A DNA stretch of 64,000 nt, from the NCBI RefSeq assembly GCF_036971445.1, contig NC_091478.1:21824001-21888000 (forward strand), written 5' to 3'. Made by a program: the position numbers and the translations under genes. The notes under the pieces are model-generated. The model was given only the letters and a program-made list of their open reading frames with translations. It was not told the origin of the DNA and did no database searches. The DNA is from Narcine bancroftii (lineage: Eukaryota). Below, piece by piece: positions 21,411 through 35,447 of the stretch (within the stretch, counting starts at the first letter, position 1; every line of letters starts with the position of its first letter).

Positions 21411-23611
21411 GTCTAGATGGAAACTTGAATAGTCTGGGCATAGAAGATTACCAACCAAGAACCAGAATAGAAATTAACCTGTCTGGATGCATTGCAGCTT
21501 GGTACAGGAACTGCTCTGCCCAACAATTGCGAAAGCATCTCAGGCCATCAAGTAAATTAACCTGCCCTCCTTTGACTCCCACTGTCCTTAAAAGCTGCCT
21601 ATGTATTAAAGGACCCATCCCCCTCTATTCACACTTCCTTCTTCCCCCTTCTGTCGAGTCGAAGGGGGAAGCTTGAAAACACAAACTTTCAGATTTGAGG
21701 ACAGTTTTTATCCTGCCATTATCAAACTTTTGATAATGCCTCTGCACTGTTTAACTGTTTTTACCCCCGTCTCCTGCACTTGGTCCTATAGTAACATTTT
21801 ACCCAGCACTTTTATCCTATTATTGTACTACCTGCTGTACTTTGGTTTGGATGGACTTGACTAGGTATCATGCAAGATGTTTTACACTGTCTCTTGGCAC
21901 ACGTGACAAAAACAGTTCTGCACCACAGTCCCCAAGTCTGCGTTTGTTCGCCCTGATGTAGGGGAGGCTACATGAGGCGCACTGATTGTAGTAGAGATGA
22001 GGTTAAGAGAGATGCACGTGAACCTTTGCTTCATATCGAACGGCTGTTTAGGACCCTGTATGGCGGTGTGAGAGCAAGTGTAACACTTTCCACAGTTGCA
22101 GCAGGAAGTACCCAGGGGTGATGGAGAGGTGAGTGAGGAGGCATAAGCATTTGTCTTCTCATCACCCTGTATGACTTACCTTCCTCCATCTGAAAATGAT
22201 ATTTCATCAGGTTGCACTTGTGCAAATAAACTTGAACTTGAACCTGACCTGCTCTTTTGGACCCTCTCCTTTTGTTTGAAATCTTCCAATCCTATGCCTC
22301 TGTCAGTCATGTTTTACCACTACCTGGTGTCACCAATCCCATGCAGGGTCCCTGTCCCACCTCTCCCACCTTGTCCTCTTCACAGTAATTTCTACATTAC
22401 ATTTCCTCACTCTTGATAAAAAAGTTTCAGCAGTTTTGTATTTTGACTACAATCAGTGTCCAGAGAAATTTGTCTTCACTGATGATAGAATTCCCTCAAT
22501 TCACCTTCCCCAATCAAATGCTGTTAACTGTATCTTTATGTCGAATGTGACATGTGCATGGATTTGCAAGATACCTTCAGTTGTGATAGCCTGCGTTGTC
22601 AAGACAGAAAGTACACGGCAGAGCCATGGAGTATACAAACAGATTTATTACCTCACGATAGTGGGAGTGAGAAAGACCAAGTCAGGTAGACAATGTCACA
22701 TTTGTCAATATCGACCCTCGCTCCAAGATCACAGTGATTTGGTACAGTATTTATGGTATATTTTGGCAGCACATTTCTCACAAATTGCTCAACAAGTTTC
22801 TTCGAAGTTGTTTGAGGTAAATTGTTCCAGTTCCTTATTAACATTTGTTGTTGTAGTTCTTTTTTATGTAAATTACTGACATCAAACAGTGACACACATT
22901 AACGGTTAATCCCATTTTAAGTTTCAGGTCTTTACAACATTTGAGGCAACATCTCGAGGGTTTGTCTTTATGTTCTGTATATTTTTGGGTTAAAGATTTA
23001 ATTAATAAATACTAATTATCAGTTTGGAAACACACACATAGCAAAGGAAGCTTCCCTTTAGTGTTTGACACTGCTGTGTGACGTTTCTGCCTTCTGTACA
23101 TGTAATTCTGACAGATCACTTTCAGTCAGTCGTTTATGATGGAAACAAGTTCTGAAAGACTTCTTATCAATACACAATTGGAAGTGGACTCTTTCTGTTA
23201 ATATAAATGTGAATTTAGCTGTCTGAAAAGGCTAACAAGTCTGGTTTCAGTAAACATGAACTGTGGTTTGTTTATGTCAATTTTTTAAAAATCAGCAAGG
23301 CTAAGGAATCCTGTATTAATAAAGATAAATCAGTGGTTCTTTTCCTTAATAATTATCATTTCTGGATGACTTAAAAACAAATCAGTTTTCTCAACAGCCT
23401 TTCCTATTTTCTGAAAGATAGCTCAGTTTACTGGCACAACACAAATAGTTTGACACAAGGCCTGTTAAGAGTGTTTGGCAAGTCTTGAGCACTTGGTTGC
23501 AAAGGAAACTATGTATATCTATGCCTCAAAATTCAACAAAATTCTTCCCGTCGCTGTCCAAGAAATAGGATAATCATCTTCACGCTATTCTGAACCCTCA
23601 AAGATGATAAA

Positions 23612-23738
23612 TAACAGAGAAGCTGGTGGAACTCAGCAGGTATTGATACCTTGAAGAAGGGCTCAGGCCCGAAACGTTGGTTATATATCTTTACCTCCTA
23701 TGGGACCTGCTAAGTTCTTCCAGCATTTCTGTGTTTTT
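23612..23738 (+). ncRNA. Minimal hammerhead-ribozyme-like motif inside an inverted-repeat-flanked Penelope-derived cassette
   Basis: ACC-TTGAAGA-A-GGGC-TCAG-GCCC-GAAAC-GTT-GGT at 23648-23681, bracketed by inverted arms (~23612-23641 and ~23705-23734). Confidence 0.5.
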
Positions 23739-25623
23739 ACTCAGAAATCACAGCGATCTTTCAGTCCTTCTTATTTAAAAACTTTCACAGCAAATGTGTC
23801 CGTGTCAAGTGGCTGTTTGCAGACAACTATCAACAACCAGATCTCTCTTTCTCTGGTTTGATCTGCAGCATTAATTACTTTTAGCAAAATGAAAATTTAT
23901 ACTGATGAAGTCACACACTCCAACAAACTTTCCATTGAGATGTTTTATTTTTAATCAGTTGTTGAAGAAATTCGCTTTGCAAGTCAGATATTTTGTGTGG
24001 AGGAGGTAAACTCTACAATTCTTGTTTTCCCAGCTCAGACAGTCCATTGCTCAGCATAAAGGCTAACACCACTACAAGTTAATAAAATTGACTGCTGCTG
24101 CTGTACGCCTCGAACAAGAAATCTTTACATGGAAACATGGAATTTGTTCATTTGCTAAGTTTTTAAGAATTTAGCCATTTGGGAAAATGGAATGAGAATT
24201 TATTGTGAAATGGAATAAACTTTAGGAGTCAGAAAATATGGAACAATTTTCCACTTCAAGACTTCTACATTGTTTCTTAAATATAAAGTGGCCCAATAAA
24301 AACAGCACATATTAACACAAAATTAAATTGAATTAAAATTTTATTTGTTCTGGATGAATATTTCAAAGCAACTGCTTTGACTTGCCACAGGGTAGAAAGT
24401 GTGCAAATTTTACAATGGCTAAAGATACAATGGCTACTATATGTTTTATCCTGCTTCCAAAATTTGTTTTCATTGTGGAATCTTGGAATCAAAATAAACA
24501 TTCAGTCACCATTATCTATGGCAAATTTAGCATAACTAATCAAAGTTCTTCATAATCTTAAGAGCACCATTGGCTTTAAAAATTATTTAATCTAAAAATG
24601 ATTAAAATATATCCTAGGATGTTCTGTGACAATTTTAGGAATCATTTACATTCCACAAACATATATTTATATTTAATATATATTTGATTTAAGCAAAATT
24701 TATTCTAATATTAAATAATGTTTCACTTTCCATTCCCCTATTTGATTCAAAGTGGAGATCACAGGTCCGTCTCCTCCCACATTAACTCAACAGCTCATGT
24801 GTCACCAGGAGTTTTAAATTCTTTCCAGATTTATATCACAAAGGATCCAATCATATAGAAGTAAGCTTTAATGTCAGAAAGCAGACCAAGCCTCCCATTC
24901 AAGGAGTTAAAGGGTCATTGCTCTGCTTCTGTTTTACAATTTTAGTGGGAGTGATTGAGGGTTGTAGAATCGCTCCTGTGTCTGACCGTGCTCTCCTATT
25001 AAAGCGGCACTGTGCAGCACAGATTTTACAATTACTATTCCCCAACCTCCAACAGTGACATCACATGATTCACTCCCCACCAGGTCTGACTCTTTCCTTG
25101 CGGAACTCTTCACATTAAAGCACTTGTCTGTCTTCTGTTCACCCTGCCGGAGTTGTTTTAACCCCTGTTCTGAAACTACAGCAATTTCTAAAATAAGAAA
25201 GGATTTCATAAGCAAAAACAGGAATGATCCCAATGGATTTCATTGAGATAATTAACTACAACATGTAGCAGCCATTATAACATACATTTAGGACAATTTC
25301 CTACACTAAAAAAAAATTGTGCCCACATTCAACTGTGTGGGCATAGCAGGTAGAAGCAATAACTTTGCAATGTTTTACAGTAAAATCCCCATTATCTGGC
25401 ACATATGGGGATCGTGGAGGTTGGATTTGCAAATTTTTCAGTTGACTGAGAATGCCTAACTAATGTACCTGCATTAAGAATACGTTATTCTAAGAATCCA
25501 TTAAGAATGATGCAGAATGCATCACTTTAAAACTAAATTATATCAACATCCTTCAATGTAGATCAGTAGAGGATTATCATATCCATGACTGCAAGTAAGT
25601 AAATTGTGTATGGTACACTAGAT

Positions 25624-25854
25624 CACCCATTCTCAACAGCCCACCCCTTCCCCACCTAACAGCGGGGGGGGAGGCGAAGGCTCATTTAAGGGGGGGCCAT
25701 GGACTGAAATCATAAGAAATATGGTTTTTATCTAGTGGTAGGAGAGAAGTATGGAAGAAACTAAACTTGACTGCTTCACAGGGAAGGGTCAATATAAACT
25801 TTGAACAGACTCCTAAGGGCGCCATACCCAAACAAAAAAGGGTGAGAATGGCTG
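25624..25854. mobile_element. hAT-type MITE, same family
   Basis: TIRs plus 8-bp TSD CACTAGAT/TACTAGAT. Confidence 0.8.
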
Positions 25855-26873
25855 TACTAGATAATAAAATGTTCGGGAATTTAATGGGTTTGTTACCATG
25901 TTAAAGGTTTCATTTTGGAAGGCCAAATGTTTCATCTATGCTTCCGATCCAAAATTTTATCAGAAAGATGTCACACTCAGCTGCAGTTGTAGGAATGCCC
26001 ATAAAATTAACACTAAACATTATTGTTAAGTCCTTTGTGTGTGCCTTCAAGATAATTTATCAGCTAGTAACTTTAACAGATATTTTAATTTTTAAACTTC
26101 TATTTCATTGAATCCCTCACTTTCCATTAAAAATGAAGGGATTTGGGTCCAAATGGAATTACTTCCTGAATTCAAACTCTGAAATAAAAACTGGATTACT
26201 TATTATTAGTATACATTCTAATTCTGCTTTAGTTGGGGCCATCTTGTATTTTCATCAAAAAACTTCAGTGTCTGATAGATTCCTTCAATTCTCATTATCA
26301 TAACATTCCAAAATTTCTATTCAATAAGACATGGCAAAATACTGCAGGTGCAGTAAATCTGAAATAAAATCTGTAATCTTGTCAATAATCAGAGCAGCTG
26401 ATGGAAAGAGAAACAGAATTTATATTTAACAGAACTTTTTATGTTATGGAATAATTAGAAGGGAAAATTGAAGTAAAGATATAATAAAATGGAATGGAGT
26501 ATTTGATGATTAATCTGATGATGTACAAATTAATGGGAGGAACATATGTAATAAAAGAGAGATTCGGGAAGATGTAAATGGTAACAGTTGAAGAATAGAT
26601 TGGGCACAAAGCAGTAGAACTCTGAAAGAGTGAAGAAAGTTTCTATTAAACAGCTAACATGGATTAAGAAAATGAATTGGACAGATCTGTTTTTAATTAG
26701 CAAAACACATCATGTAATGTCGGACCAGGACTGTAAGGTGTCATGAAAATTTTAAAACGTTGCTTCATCAACAATTTGCTTTTATATGCTGTCAGAGTAT
26801 TTTCTCAATAGGTATGCTATCAGGTAGAATTAGATCCTAATGTTCATAAGGCAATATAGAGGACAGAATACAA

Positions 26874-27115
26874 CATGGTTGGCGTAGCAGTTAACACAAC
26901 ACTATTACTGTCCCAGCAATCGGGACTGGGGTTAGAATCCCATGCTGTGTATAAGGAGTTTGTATGTTCTCCCCATGTCTGCGTGGGTTTTCCCGGTGGC
27001 TTCAGTTTCCTCCCACCGTTCGAAACGTACCAGGGGTGTAGGTTAATTGGGTGTAATTGGACGGCAGGGGCTCGTGGGCTGAAAGGGCTTGTCACTGTGC
27101 TGCATGTCAAAATTA
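26874..27115 (+). mobile_element. tRNA-derived SINE
   Basis: Near full-length copy of the same family. Confidence 0.8.
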
Positions 27116-28256
27116 AAAATTTAAATACCTTAAATCAAAGTTTAAAATGCCTACCTAAGGAGAGGAAGTGAAGTAATTTTTACAGTGATAAGCAACAGAA
27201 ACAAATCATGACTTGCTGGAAATCTAAATTGAAGGACTGAAAAATACAGCACTTCATAAAACATCTGAAAAATGAATGGAGAGTTTTTCAGCTACAATTT
27301 CAGGCTAAAATGTTGACTTTAAATGTTTATCAGCTTTAAATGTTTATAATTGTGCTTCAACAACCCGAGGGGTCTGGATGTAATAGAATACTGTGGTCAG
27401 CATGCATCAGATGAAATCACTAGAATACAAGATAACTTCATTAATATTATGAATAGGAATGGACAGACAGCATGAAGAAGAAACAGGATATGAAAGTAGA
27501 TGCATTGGTGTCAGTTTAAACATATAAAAGCAGTGTTTGAGGCGACATTAATTCTATGATCATATAAAGGCCCTCAAAATAAATTCCATCTTTTTATCAT
27601 GTAGAAAACATAAACAGTGAAATATGCTCATTTGCATCTTTTAATTGATTTTATATTTCAACTTAGAATGTCACAGGCCCTGAATAATATTGCATGTATT
27701 TATCAATTATTTTCTGAAAACATTATACATTTTTACAACAATCACAAGTAGTTGCATTTACTATCAACAAAGAGATCATACTGGTTTTGAAAATAAACTA
27801 ACTCGCATCTTCCTAATGCTCATATGTTTTGGTCATGTCCCCATGTTAGAAAGATTTTAGAAAGCTATTTTTAAAACTCTTATCAATGATGCTGGTCATT
27901 CAATTACAAACTAACCCCTTTAACTGCTCTTTTTGGAACTACAGATGTAGGTTATAGCTTTTTCTACACTGTTAGCTGGAAGAGCTATTTTTCTTAAATG
28001 GAAAGACTCTGATTCTCCTACATATTTCAATGGCTTTCTCATGTTATGTCTTTCTTAAATCTATAACAAAAATTAGAAGTCATACTTTAGATAGAACTAC
28101 TAAACCTGAAGAAACAAGGAAATCATTTATTGATGACTTTCATGGGATATAACTGGCACTATTCTATGAATGAACCCTTCCTTTCCAGATGTAATATAAT
28201 TCCTGCCGTTTTTGTTATCTGTAGGTGTGGACCAGAGCTATGTTTTAAACTATTCA

Positions 28257-29138
28257 ACCCATCACATCATTGGGGACAAGGGTGTGAAACCACTTATCCA
28301 CAGTTGTTTTTTTTTTACTTTTTAAATTGTTTTGTTAGTAGATTAGTTGGGAGTTTTTATATATAATATAATAATTATTTTTTTATCTCTTTTTCCTTTG
28401 TTAGAATTATTTTCAGTTTGCAGCTGGATCCTTGACTTCCTTCCCAACCCTCCTCAGTCTGTGAAGATGGGCAACAAACAGGTCCCCCACGATCACACTC
28501 AACACTGGTTCTACTCAAGGATTCATATTCAGTCCCCTACCATATTCCCTCTATACCCACAGCTGTATAGCTAAATATCATTTCAATTTCATTTTCAAAT
28601 TTGCTGATAACACTGCAGTGGTGGGCCAAATATCAAATAACACCGAGACACAAAATGGGAAAGAGATTGAAATTCCTGGGACATAGAGCCAAGATAACAA
28701 CCCCTCGCTCAACGTCAATAAGAGGAAGGAAATTATTATTGACTTCAGGAGAGAGGGCAGAATTTACACCCCTGATCACACTAATGACACTGAAGATTAA
28801 AAAAAAATAGATAGAGCTTCAAGTTCTTAGGAATAAACATCTCCAAAGACCTGACCTGGGATGTGACTGTCAATGAAGTGCGCCAATGCCTCTACATTCT
28901 TAGCAAACAAAGCTCAGCATATCCCCTTATCCCTCAACAATTTCTACAGGTGCACCAGAGAAAGCAAACTTACTGGTATGGAGCGACTTTACTCAAGATT
29001 GAAAGAAGGTAGTGAATGCAATTAGAAAACCTCTCCCCTTCATGGGTCTATATCTCATACTGCTTAGGAAAGGCAGCTAATGTAATGAAAGACCCATCAC
29101 ATCATTGGGGACAAGGGTGTGAAACCACTTATCCACAG
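28257..29138 (+). repeat. Perfect 47-bp direct repeat (28257-28303 and 29092-29138)
   Basis: ACCCATCACATCATTGGGGACAAGGGTGTGAAACCACTTATCCACAG is present twice, 835 bp apart. Confidence 0.9.
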
Positions 29139-29340
29139 CTTGAAAACAGTTTCTTGCCTGCACCCATGAGGCTCCTGAATATTTACTCCATAACATAATG
29201 CTGCCCTTGCTTGATGTGAATTATAATCCTATACACTATAAATTGTACTCTTTATATGGCTTTATGAATTGTTGGAGAAAACCATTAATCTGTTAGTAGA
29301 AGAGCCCTTCTCAGTGCACTAAATATTTTGTGACAAATAA
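28420..29340 (+). mobile_element. Old Rex1/Babar-type fragment
   Basis: CSWILDFL..PQSV and KFADNTAVVG remnants; heavily frameshifted. Confidence 0.65.
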
Positions 29341-29959
29341 ACTTCAACAAGATCCTCTCCCTTATCCTCCAACACTCCAGGGGAAGATGTCCTTGTCTAT
29401 CCAGCCTTTCCTTTCCTTATAATTCAAACCTATCAGTCCAAACAACACTCCCTGCATCTTGAAACTCTTCTGCAAACTTTCCGTCTTAATATCATCTCTA
29501 TAGCTGATGACCAAATGCTTTGCGTGTGATCTCAACAATGTCTTGTACTTTGGTAACATGATGTCCCTACTCCTTACTCATTGCCTTAGCTAATGAAGGC
29601 AATCATACCAAATTGTTCACCAATCTGTCTACCTATGTCACCACTTTCATCCATTTTCTACATTGTTCTCCAGTGGCCTTCCATTCACCGTGCAAGTCCT
29701 GCACTGGTTTATAATAAAGTGCAACACCTCGCACTTCTCGGAGTTAAATTCCATTTGACTTTACACATATCACTAACAACCCTGAAATCATTGTTTTGTC
29801 TCCTTATGAGTCAAGTCACCTTCATTTATCATTCATACCATGCTTGCATGGTAGACAAGAAAGTGTTTCTCCAAGACCACAGAGCATATTTACATAAATA
29901 CAAGTTAGAATATAAGTTAAATTCATTTAAATATTAAAGCGTACACAATAAAAGTCCAT

Positions 29960-31670
29960 GGTACATTATCCACATATGTTCTGGGAATTCAGGACCCTGA
30001 TGGCTTGAGGGAAAAAGCTGTTGCTCAATCTAGATGTAAGGGCCCGAGCACTATGGTACCTCCTACCAGATGGCAGAAGGGAGAACAGATTACATGAGGG
30101 GTGTGTTGTGGAGTCCTTCACAATGTTTATTGCCTTTTGCCAGAATGGAGTGTTGCAGATGTCCTTCGTTGTAGAAAGAGAGCCCCCCAATGATCTTTCC
30201 CACTGACTACACCATCGGGTCTTGCGGTCTGAGGTGGTACAGCTTCCAAAACAGACGGTGTTGCAGTTGTACAGGATGCTCTCAATACATCCTCTGTAAA
30301 ATGTAGTGAGGATGGAGGGTGGGAGATTAACTTTCCTCTGCCTTTGCAGGAACTAGAGGTGCTGCTGGGCTTTCATGGCTATGGAGCTTGTGTTAAGGGA
30401 CCAGGTGAGATTCCCTCCAAGAAACTTGATATTCTTGACAAGAAACTTGATATTCTTGACAATCGCAATGGTTGAGCCAACAATGGTCAGTGGAGTGAGA
30501 TCTCCCTGGGGCCTCCTGAAGTCGACCATCATCTCTTTTGCTTTATTAACATTCAGATACAGGTTGTTGGCTCCACACCAGTCTATTAGCGACTGCATCT
30601 CATCTCTGTACACTAACTCCTCATTCTTACTAATAAGACCCACCACGGTCATGTCGTCACTTGATGATGTGGTTAGAGATGTGTTTAGCTACACAGTTGT
30701 GGGTCAGCAAAATAAACAGCAGTGGACTAAGCAGACTGTTCTGGGGGACCCCCATGGTCTTGGAAATGCTGTTACCGATCCAGACTGCTTGAGGTCTTCC
30801 CGATAGTCAAGAATCAGGCACTGGGTATGATTGTATTAAAGGCCGAACTGGTCAATAAACAGCATTTGAACAAATGAGCCCTTATTTTCCAGATGAGTGA
30901 GGGCTAGATAGAGGACAGAGGCAATGGTATTGTCCATAGAGTGGTTGGATCTGTATGCAAACTGCAGGGAGTCAAGTGACGGGGCAGCAGGAGCTTGAGG
31001 TGCCCCATGATGAGCCTCTCAAAGCACTTCATGACTAAGAACATGAGTGCAACAGGATGGTAGTTATTGAGGCAGGACATAGATTACTTTCTTCGGCACA
31101 GGGACATTGGTGGCAGCTTCGAAGCACATAGGAAACCATGACACTTCTCAGGGAGATGTTAAAGATGTCGGAGAGAACAGCTGCCAGTTGAGCTGCACAT
31201 CCCCTGAGCACTCTGCTGGGAATGTTATCCGGACCAGCAGCTTTCCGTGGGTTGACCTTGCCGGACACTCTCTTCACATCGGCCACTGCAAGACACAGCA
31301 CCTGATCATTTGGAGGAGAGGTGGTCTTCTTCACCGCCACATTGTCTTTCACCTCAAAACATGCATAGAAGTTGTTCAGTGCATCTGGCAGGGAGGCATC
31401 ACCAGCACAGACAGATGGCATAGTCTTGTGATTGGTGGTATCTTGGATGCCCTTCCACATGTGTCGTGTGTCCTTCCTGTCTAGGAAGTGACTATGAATG
31501 CACTGGGCATGTGCACGCTTTGCTTCCCTGATGACCTTAGACAGCCTGGCTCTTGCAATAGCTAGGGCTACCTTGACATCCACTCTGAAGGCAGTGTCTC
31601 AGTTCCTGAGTAGCACATATATCTCTGCAGACATCCATGGCTTCTGATTAGAGTGAGTAACGATGGTCTT
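29960..31670 (-). mobile_element. Degenerate Rex1/Babar-type non-LTR retrotransposon (RT region)
   Basis: KAAGPDNIP..VLRGCAAQLA..DIFNISL; VVGLISKNEE..YR..WC..NNL.LNV.K.KEM.VDFR; LFSLLPSGRRY..NSFFPQAIR; frameshifted. Confidence 0.85.
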
Positions 31671-31699
31671 GAGCAGTGACATCATCAAAACACTGGTCA

Positions 31700-32120
31700 C
31701 TGATGCTGCATTTTTTCATATTTTAAGTCTACTTCAAGCATACAAAACCATGAGGCAAAACATGTCAATGAAAATTCATTTTCTACATTCACAGTTGGAC
31801 TTCTTCCCTGCTGATCTTGGTGAAGTAAATGACAAACATGGTAAAAGGTTTCACCAGAACCTTGTGACCACGGAAAAGTGGTATCAGGACAACTGGAATC
31901 CATCAATGCTGGCCAAATATTGTTGGACAATGACATGAGAGGCATCAGATGCTAAGTACAAATGAAAATCAGTGGCAAAACATTTTAGGTCAGTTGTATT
32001 AATGCCATGTGTCAGCATCATTATGCAATGAAACATGCTAAATTCAATATAAGTTCATTTAATATTTCTCCAACTTCCTATGCGATACATCATATCTGAA
32101 ATTATCTTTGTGTTCAGCTT
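31700..32120 (+). mobile_element. DNA transposase C-terminal fragment (probably CMC/Chapaev-3-like)
   Basis: NMSMKIHFLHSQLDFFPADLGEVNDKHGKRFHQ...YQDNWNPSMLAKYCWT resembles the HLDFFPENLGAVSDEHGERFHQ transposase motif. The superfamily assignment is from memory. Confidence 0.6.
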
Positions 32121-33449
32121 GACATTAATCCCAATGGATGTAAAATATACTTGCAATTCTCTCTAACTCATTGAGGCATACAATCAAAGAACCAACTTCA
32201 CTCCCAAGGAACCCAATTTTTCTCAATAGCCACTGATTAGAGCTGAAGAATTTTCCAAGAGAATAAAAGGTCAAATTGGTGTCCATCCCAAACTGTACAT
32301 GGCTAATCTGACATTTTCCATCCTTTAGAGTTGGTGGATATTCCTTGGATGGGAGTGTGTACATTTTAATCAAATTTCTTCATTTTTTTAAATTTTTCAC
32401 TCTCCCTGACTGAAATACCTTGTGATGGGGAGAGTTTTGTCCTTTATTTTAAATGGCAGTAAAATTAAACTTTTTTGGCACAAGTAGTGTGGAGTCAGGC
32501 CCTTCAGCACAACCTGTCCATTGTGATACACATATAAATGTCTCCCAAAGAGCAAAGTGACCATTTATTTTAATGATGTCAATTGAAAGGTGAATGTTGA
32601 ATCCAAAAACAGTAAGAATGTCTTCAGTTTTTCCAAAAATCCATGGGATTTTTAAAGACCATTTAAGTAAACAGACAGAAAAGTTACTGTAAACATTATC
32701 TGAAAGACATTATCTCTTGCTAGCATTTCATAAGGTCTGTACTACATTATTAAGACAAGCTTAGGTTTATTTTATATTCAAGTCTCTGGAGCTGACTGCA
32801 AGCCAACAATTCTCTAATTTGCAGTGAGAACACGAGGTGAGCAAGGTTGACACATGCAGCAAGAAAAACAAGAACAAAAATAAACCTCCCTTGGACAAGA
32901 GCGGGGTGATGCACTTAAACAAGGGCAGCACTTGCATGGTGAATGGAAGGGACTTGGAGAGCATTGTAGAACAGGGAGAATTGGGAATACAGGTACATAG
33001 TCCCTTGAAAGTGGTGATACAAGAGGACAGAGTGGTGAAGGAGATTTGTGCATGCTTGCTTTCATCAATCAAACCATTGAGTACAGAAGAAAGGAATGTC
33101 GTGTTACAACAGCAATAAGAAATCCAACATATGTGTCATGTAAAAGGACCCTTAATTACTTGCAGTCTTTTGAGAACTGAGTTAGAGAAGAGCTTATTGT
33201 CTCAGTTACAAACATAAGGAAACATCAAAAAGAACTAAACTTTAACCATTTCATGATGGTAGCTTACCCAAAAGCAATGCTCAAGCTATTGAATTTGTGT
33301 GCCAGAACTGAGGTAAGAAGAGCATGTCAAATTTGACAACTTGTTTCAATCATGTAGTTGATGACAGCAAAGGCACTACTATATTAATTCAATATACATC
33401 AAGGTGACCATATTTCTTTCAGCACTGATTCTCCTGCTTAAAAGATAAT

Positions 33450-34031
33450 TTCGTCTTCTTCTCATTCTGTCATTTTAGTGGGTGGAGGTCTGCGGTAGGC
33501 CCTCTCTGTTGTGTTCCATGTATGGTTCCCAAATTTGTTTGAATAATGTGACTTTATTTTTTTAATTATATGTTATTTTTTCCAATGGAATACATTTATT
33601 CATTTCTATGTACCATTGCTGTACTCTCAGGGTCTCTTCTGATTTCCAGGTTGACATTATACATTTTTTTGCTACAGCTAAGGCTATCATAATAAATCTT
33701 TTTTGTGTTCATCCAGTTTGAGGCCTAATTCTTTACTTCTTATATTACTTAAAAGAAAGATCTCTGGATTTTTTTGGTATGTTGCTTTTTGTGATTTTAT
33801 TTAGATTTAGATCTTCCCAAAACTTTTCCAATTTCTCACATGCCCAAATTGCATGTACTGTTGTTCCCGTTTCCTACTTACAGTGAAAACATCTATCTGA
33901 TACTGTTGGGTCCCATTTATTTAACTTTTGGGGTGTGGTGTATAGCCTGTGTAACCAATTATATTGTATCATGCGTAACCTCGTGTTTATTGTATTTCTC
34001 ATAGTTCCGGAGCAGAGCTTTTCCCATATTT
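33450..34031 (-). mobile_element. L1 ORF2 C-terminal fragment, related to the element at 17-19 kb
   Basis: Translates to ...QYNWLHRLYTTPQKL...DRCFHCK*ETGTTVHAIWAC (CCHC knuckle)...MNKCIPLEKITY...WEPY. Confidence 0.85.
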
Positions 34032-34736
34032 CAGACAAAATGGTCAATACTTAAGCAAATGTTTCAATGTTAAACTACTCCTGTGATGATCAATGTCATT
34101 GTAAAATGTTATTACTAACATTGAAATTCCCATCTTTTGAATTCCAAATCTTATCTGCTTGCATACATTCAATAGACTATGATAACTTCAGTTGGTTGTG
34201 TACAAGAGTATTTTAAATAAGGCATGTTTGAAAGGAACAGTGCGGGCTTGGCATATTTCTCAAATCCAGTGATAACAAAAAAAAATCTCATCTTCTTCCA
34301 AAATAAGATTCTTCTGTTCATTTCAAAATGCTGACTGTGAGAGGAAATGTAGTTTTCTCCAGAAGTTATGGGTTATTTTAGAACTCTTTCTAGCAAAATT
34401 GTTTTGTGTAATTTAAAAATGCTCTATAGGGTCCCTCACCCTCAAAGACTCCTTCAGCATCCTATACAAATCAGATTAAATATATTATGTATTCCATAAA
34501 ATTTTTAAATCATAATAACAGGTGCTGCTTCTATTTTGTGATGACTGTCAGTTGATTAGTTCTGCAAATGAAGACAAGTAGTGCATCTAAAATGATTTTT
34601 ATGTTTTGTAGTTTTTCTCTCTCACACGGAATACAATTAAATCCCAAGCTTTGTTTTGAAAAAGTAGTGCAATAATCTAGGTGACCAAGTCATTACATTA
34701 AAAACAACGATGGACAGTGAAGACGGATATCTTAGA

Positions 34737-35447
34737 TTATAAAAGATATAAAAGATCAGCTATTCTCAACCTTTTTTTGACTATGGCCCCCCTCTTTCCT
34801 CCCACCCCCCCTTCCCCCACCCAGGAATCTGCTCAAAGTTCATGGGCCCCCTTCCCTTACCAACTACATAAAAATATTTTTGTTGTGCAAGGTGAAAACA
34901 AGACTTTTTTCTGAAATGGCTGTGGTCCCCAGGGTGGCCATAGGACCCCTGTTGAGAATGGCTGATCTAGATGAACTGGAAAAGTGAACCTTGGAATGGC
35001 AGTTGGAATTTATCTCAGAGAAGGGTGAGGCATTACAGTTTCATAGGTTGAACCAGTGCTGGACTCGCACAACGAGTGGCAAAGGCCTTGGGAGTGTTGT
35101 AGGACAAAGTGACTTGGGGGTACAGGAGCATAGATCCATGAAAGTGGCAAAGCAGGCTGACAGGATGGTGAATAAGGCATTTGATATGCTTACCTTCATT
35201 GATTAGAGCAACCATTCTCAACCTTTTTACTGGCTACAGCCACCCCTTCCCCCCACCCCCCTTCCCCACTGGATTCTGCTCAAAGTTCATGGGCCCCCTT
35301 CACTGTGAAACAGTCAAGTTTAAGTTTCCTCCACATTTCTCTCCTACCGACTACATAAAAAACAAAATATATATACATATTTATAATATGTGCCTCCCCC
35401 ACCAAAGGGGTTGGGGTGGGGCATAGGACCTCCATTGAGAATGGCTG
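34737..35447. mobile_element. Two more hAT MITE copies (~34737-34964 and ~35209-35447) separated by a CR1 fragment
   Basis: Both end in GTTGAGAATGGCTG-like TIRs and share internal sequence with 14075-14277. Confidence 0.7.

Noticed and set aside
22436-22895. 147-aa plus ORF and an overlapping minus-strand peptide faintly like a Tc1 transposase tail
   Set aside because: No recognisable domain or exon context; the Tc1 resemblance is too weak to call.
24934-25246. Overlapping ORFs in the intergenic region as a hidden gene
   Set aside because: No recognisable protein motif and no consistent exon chain.
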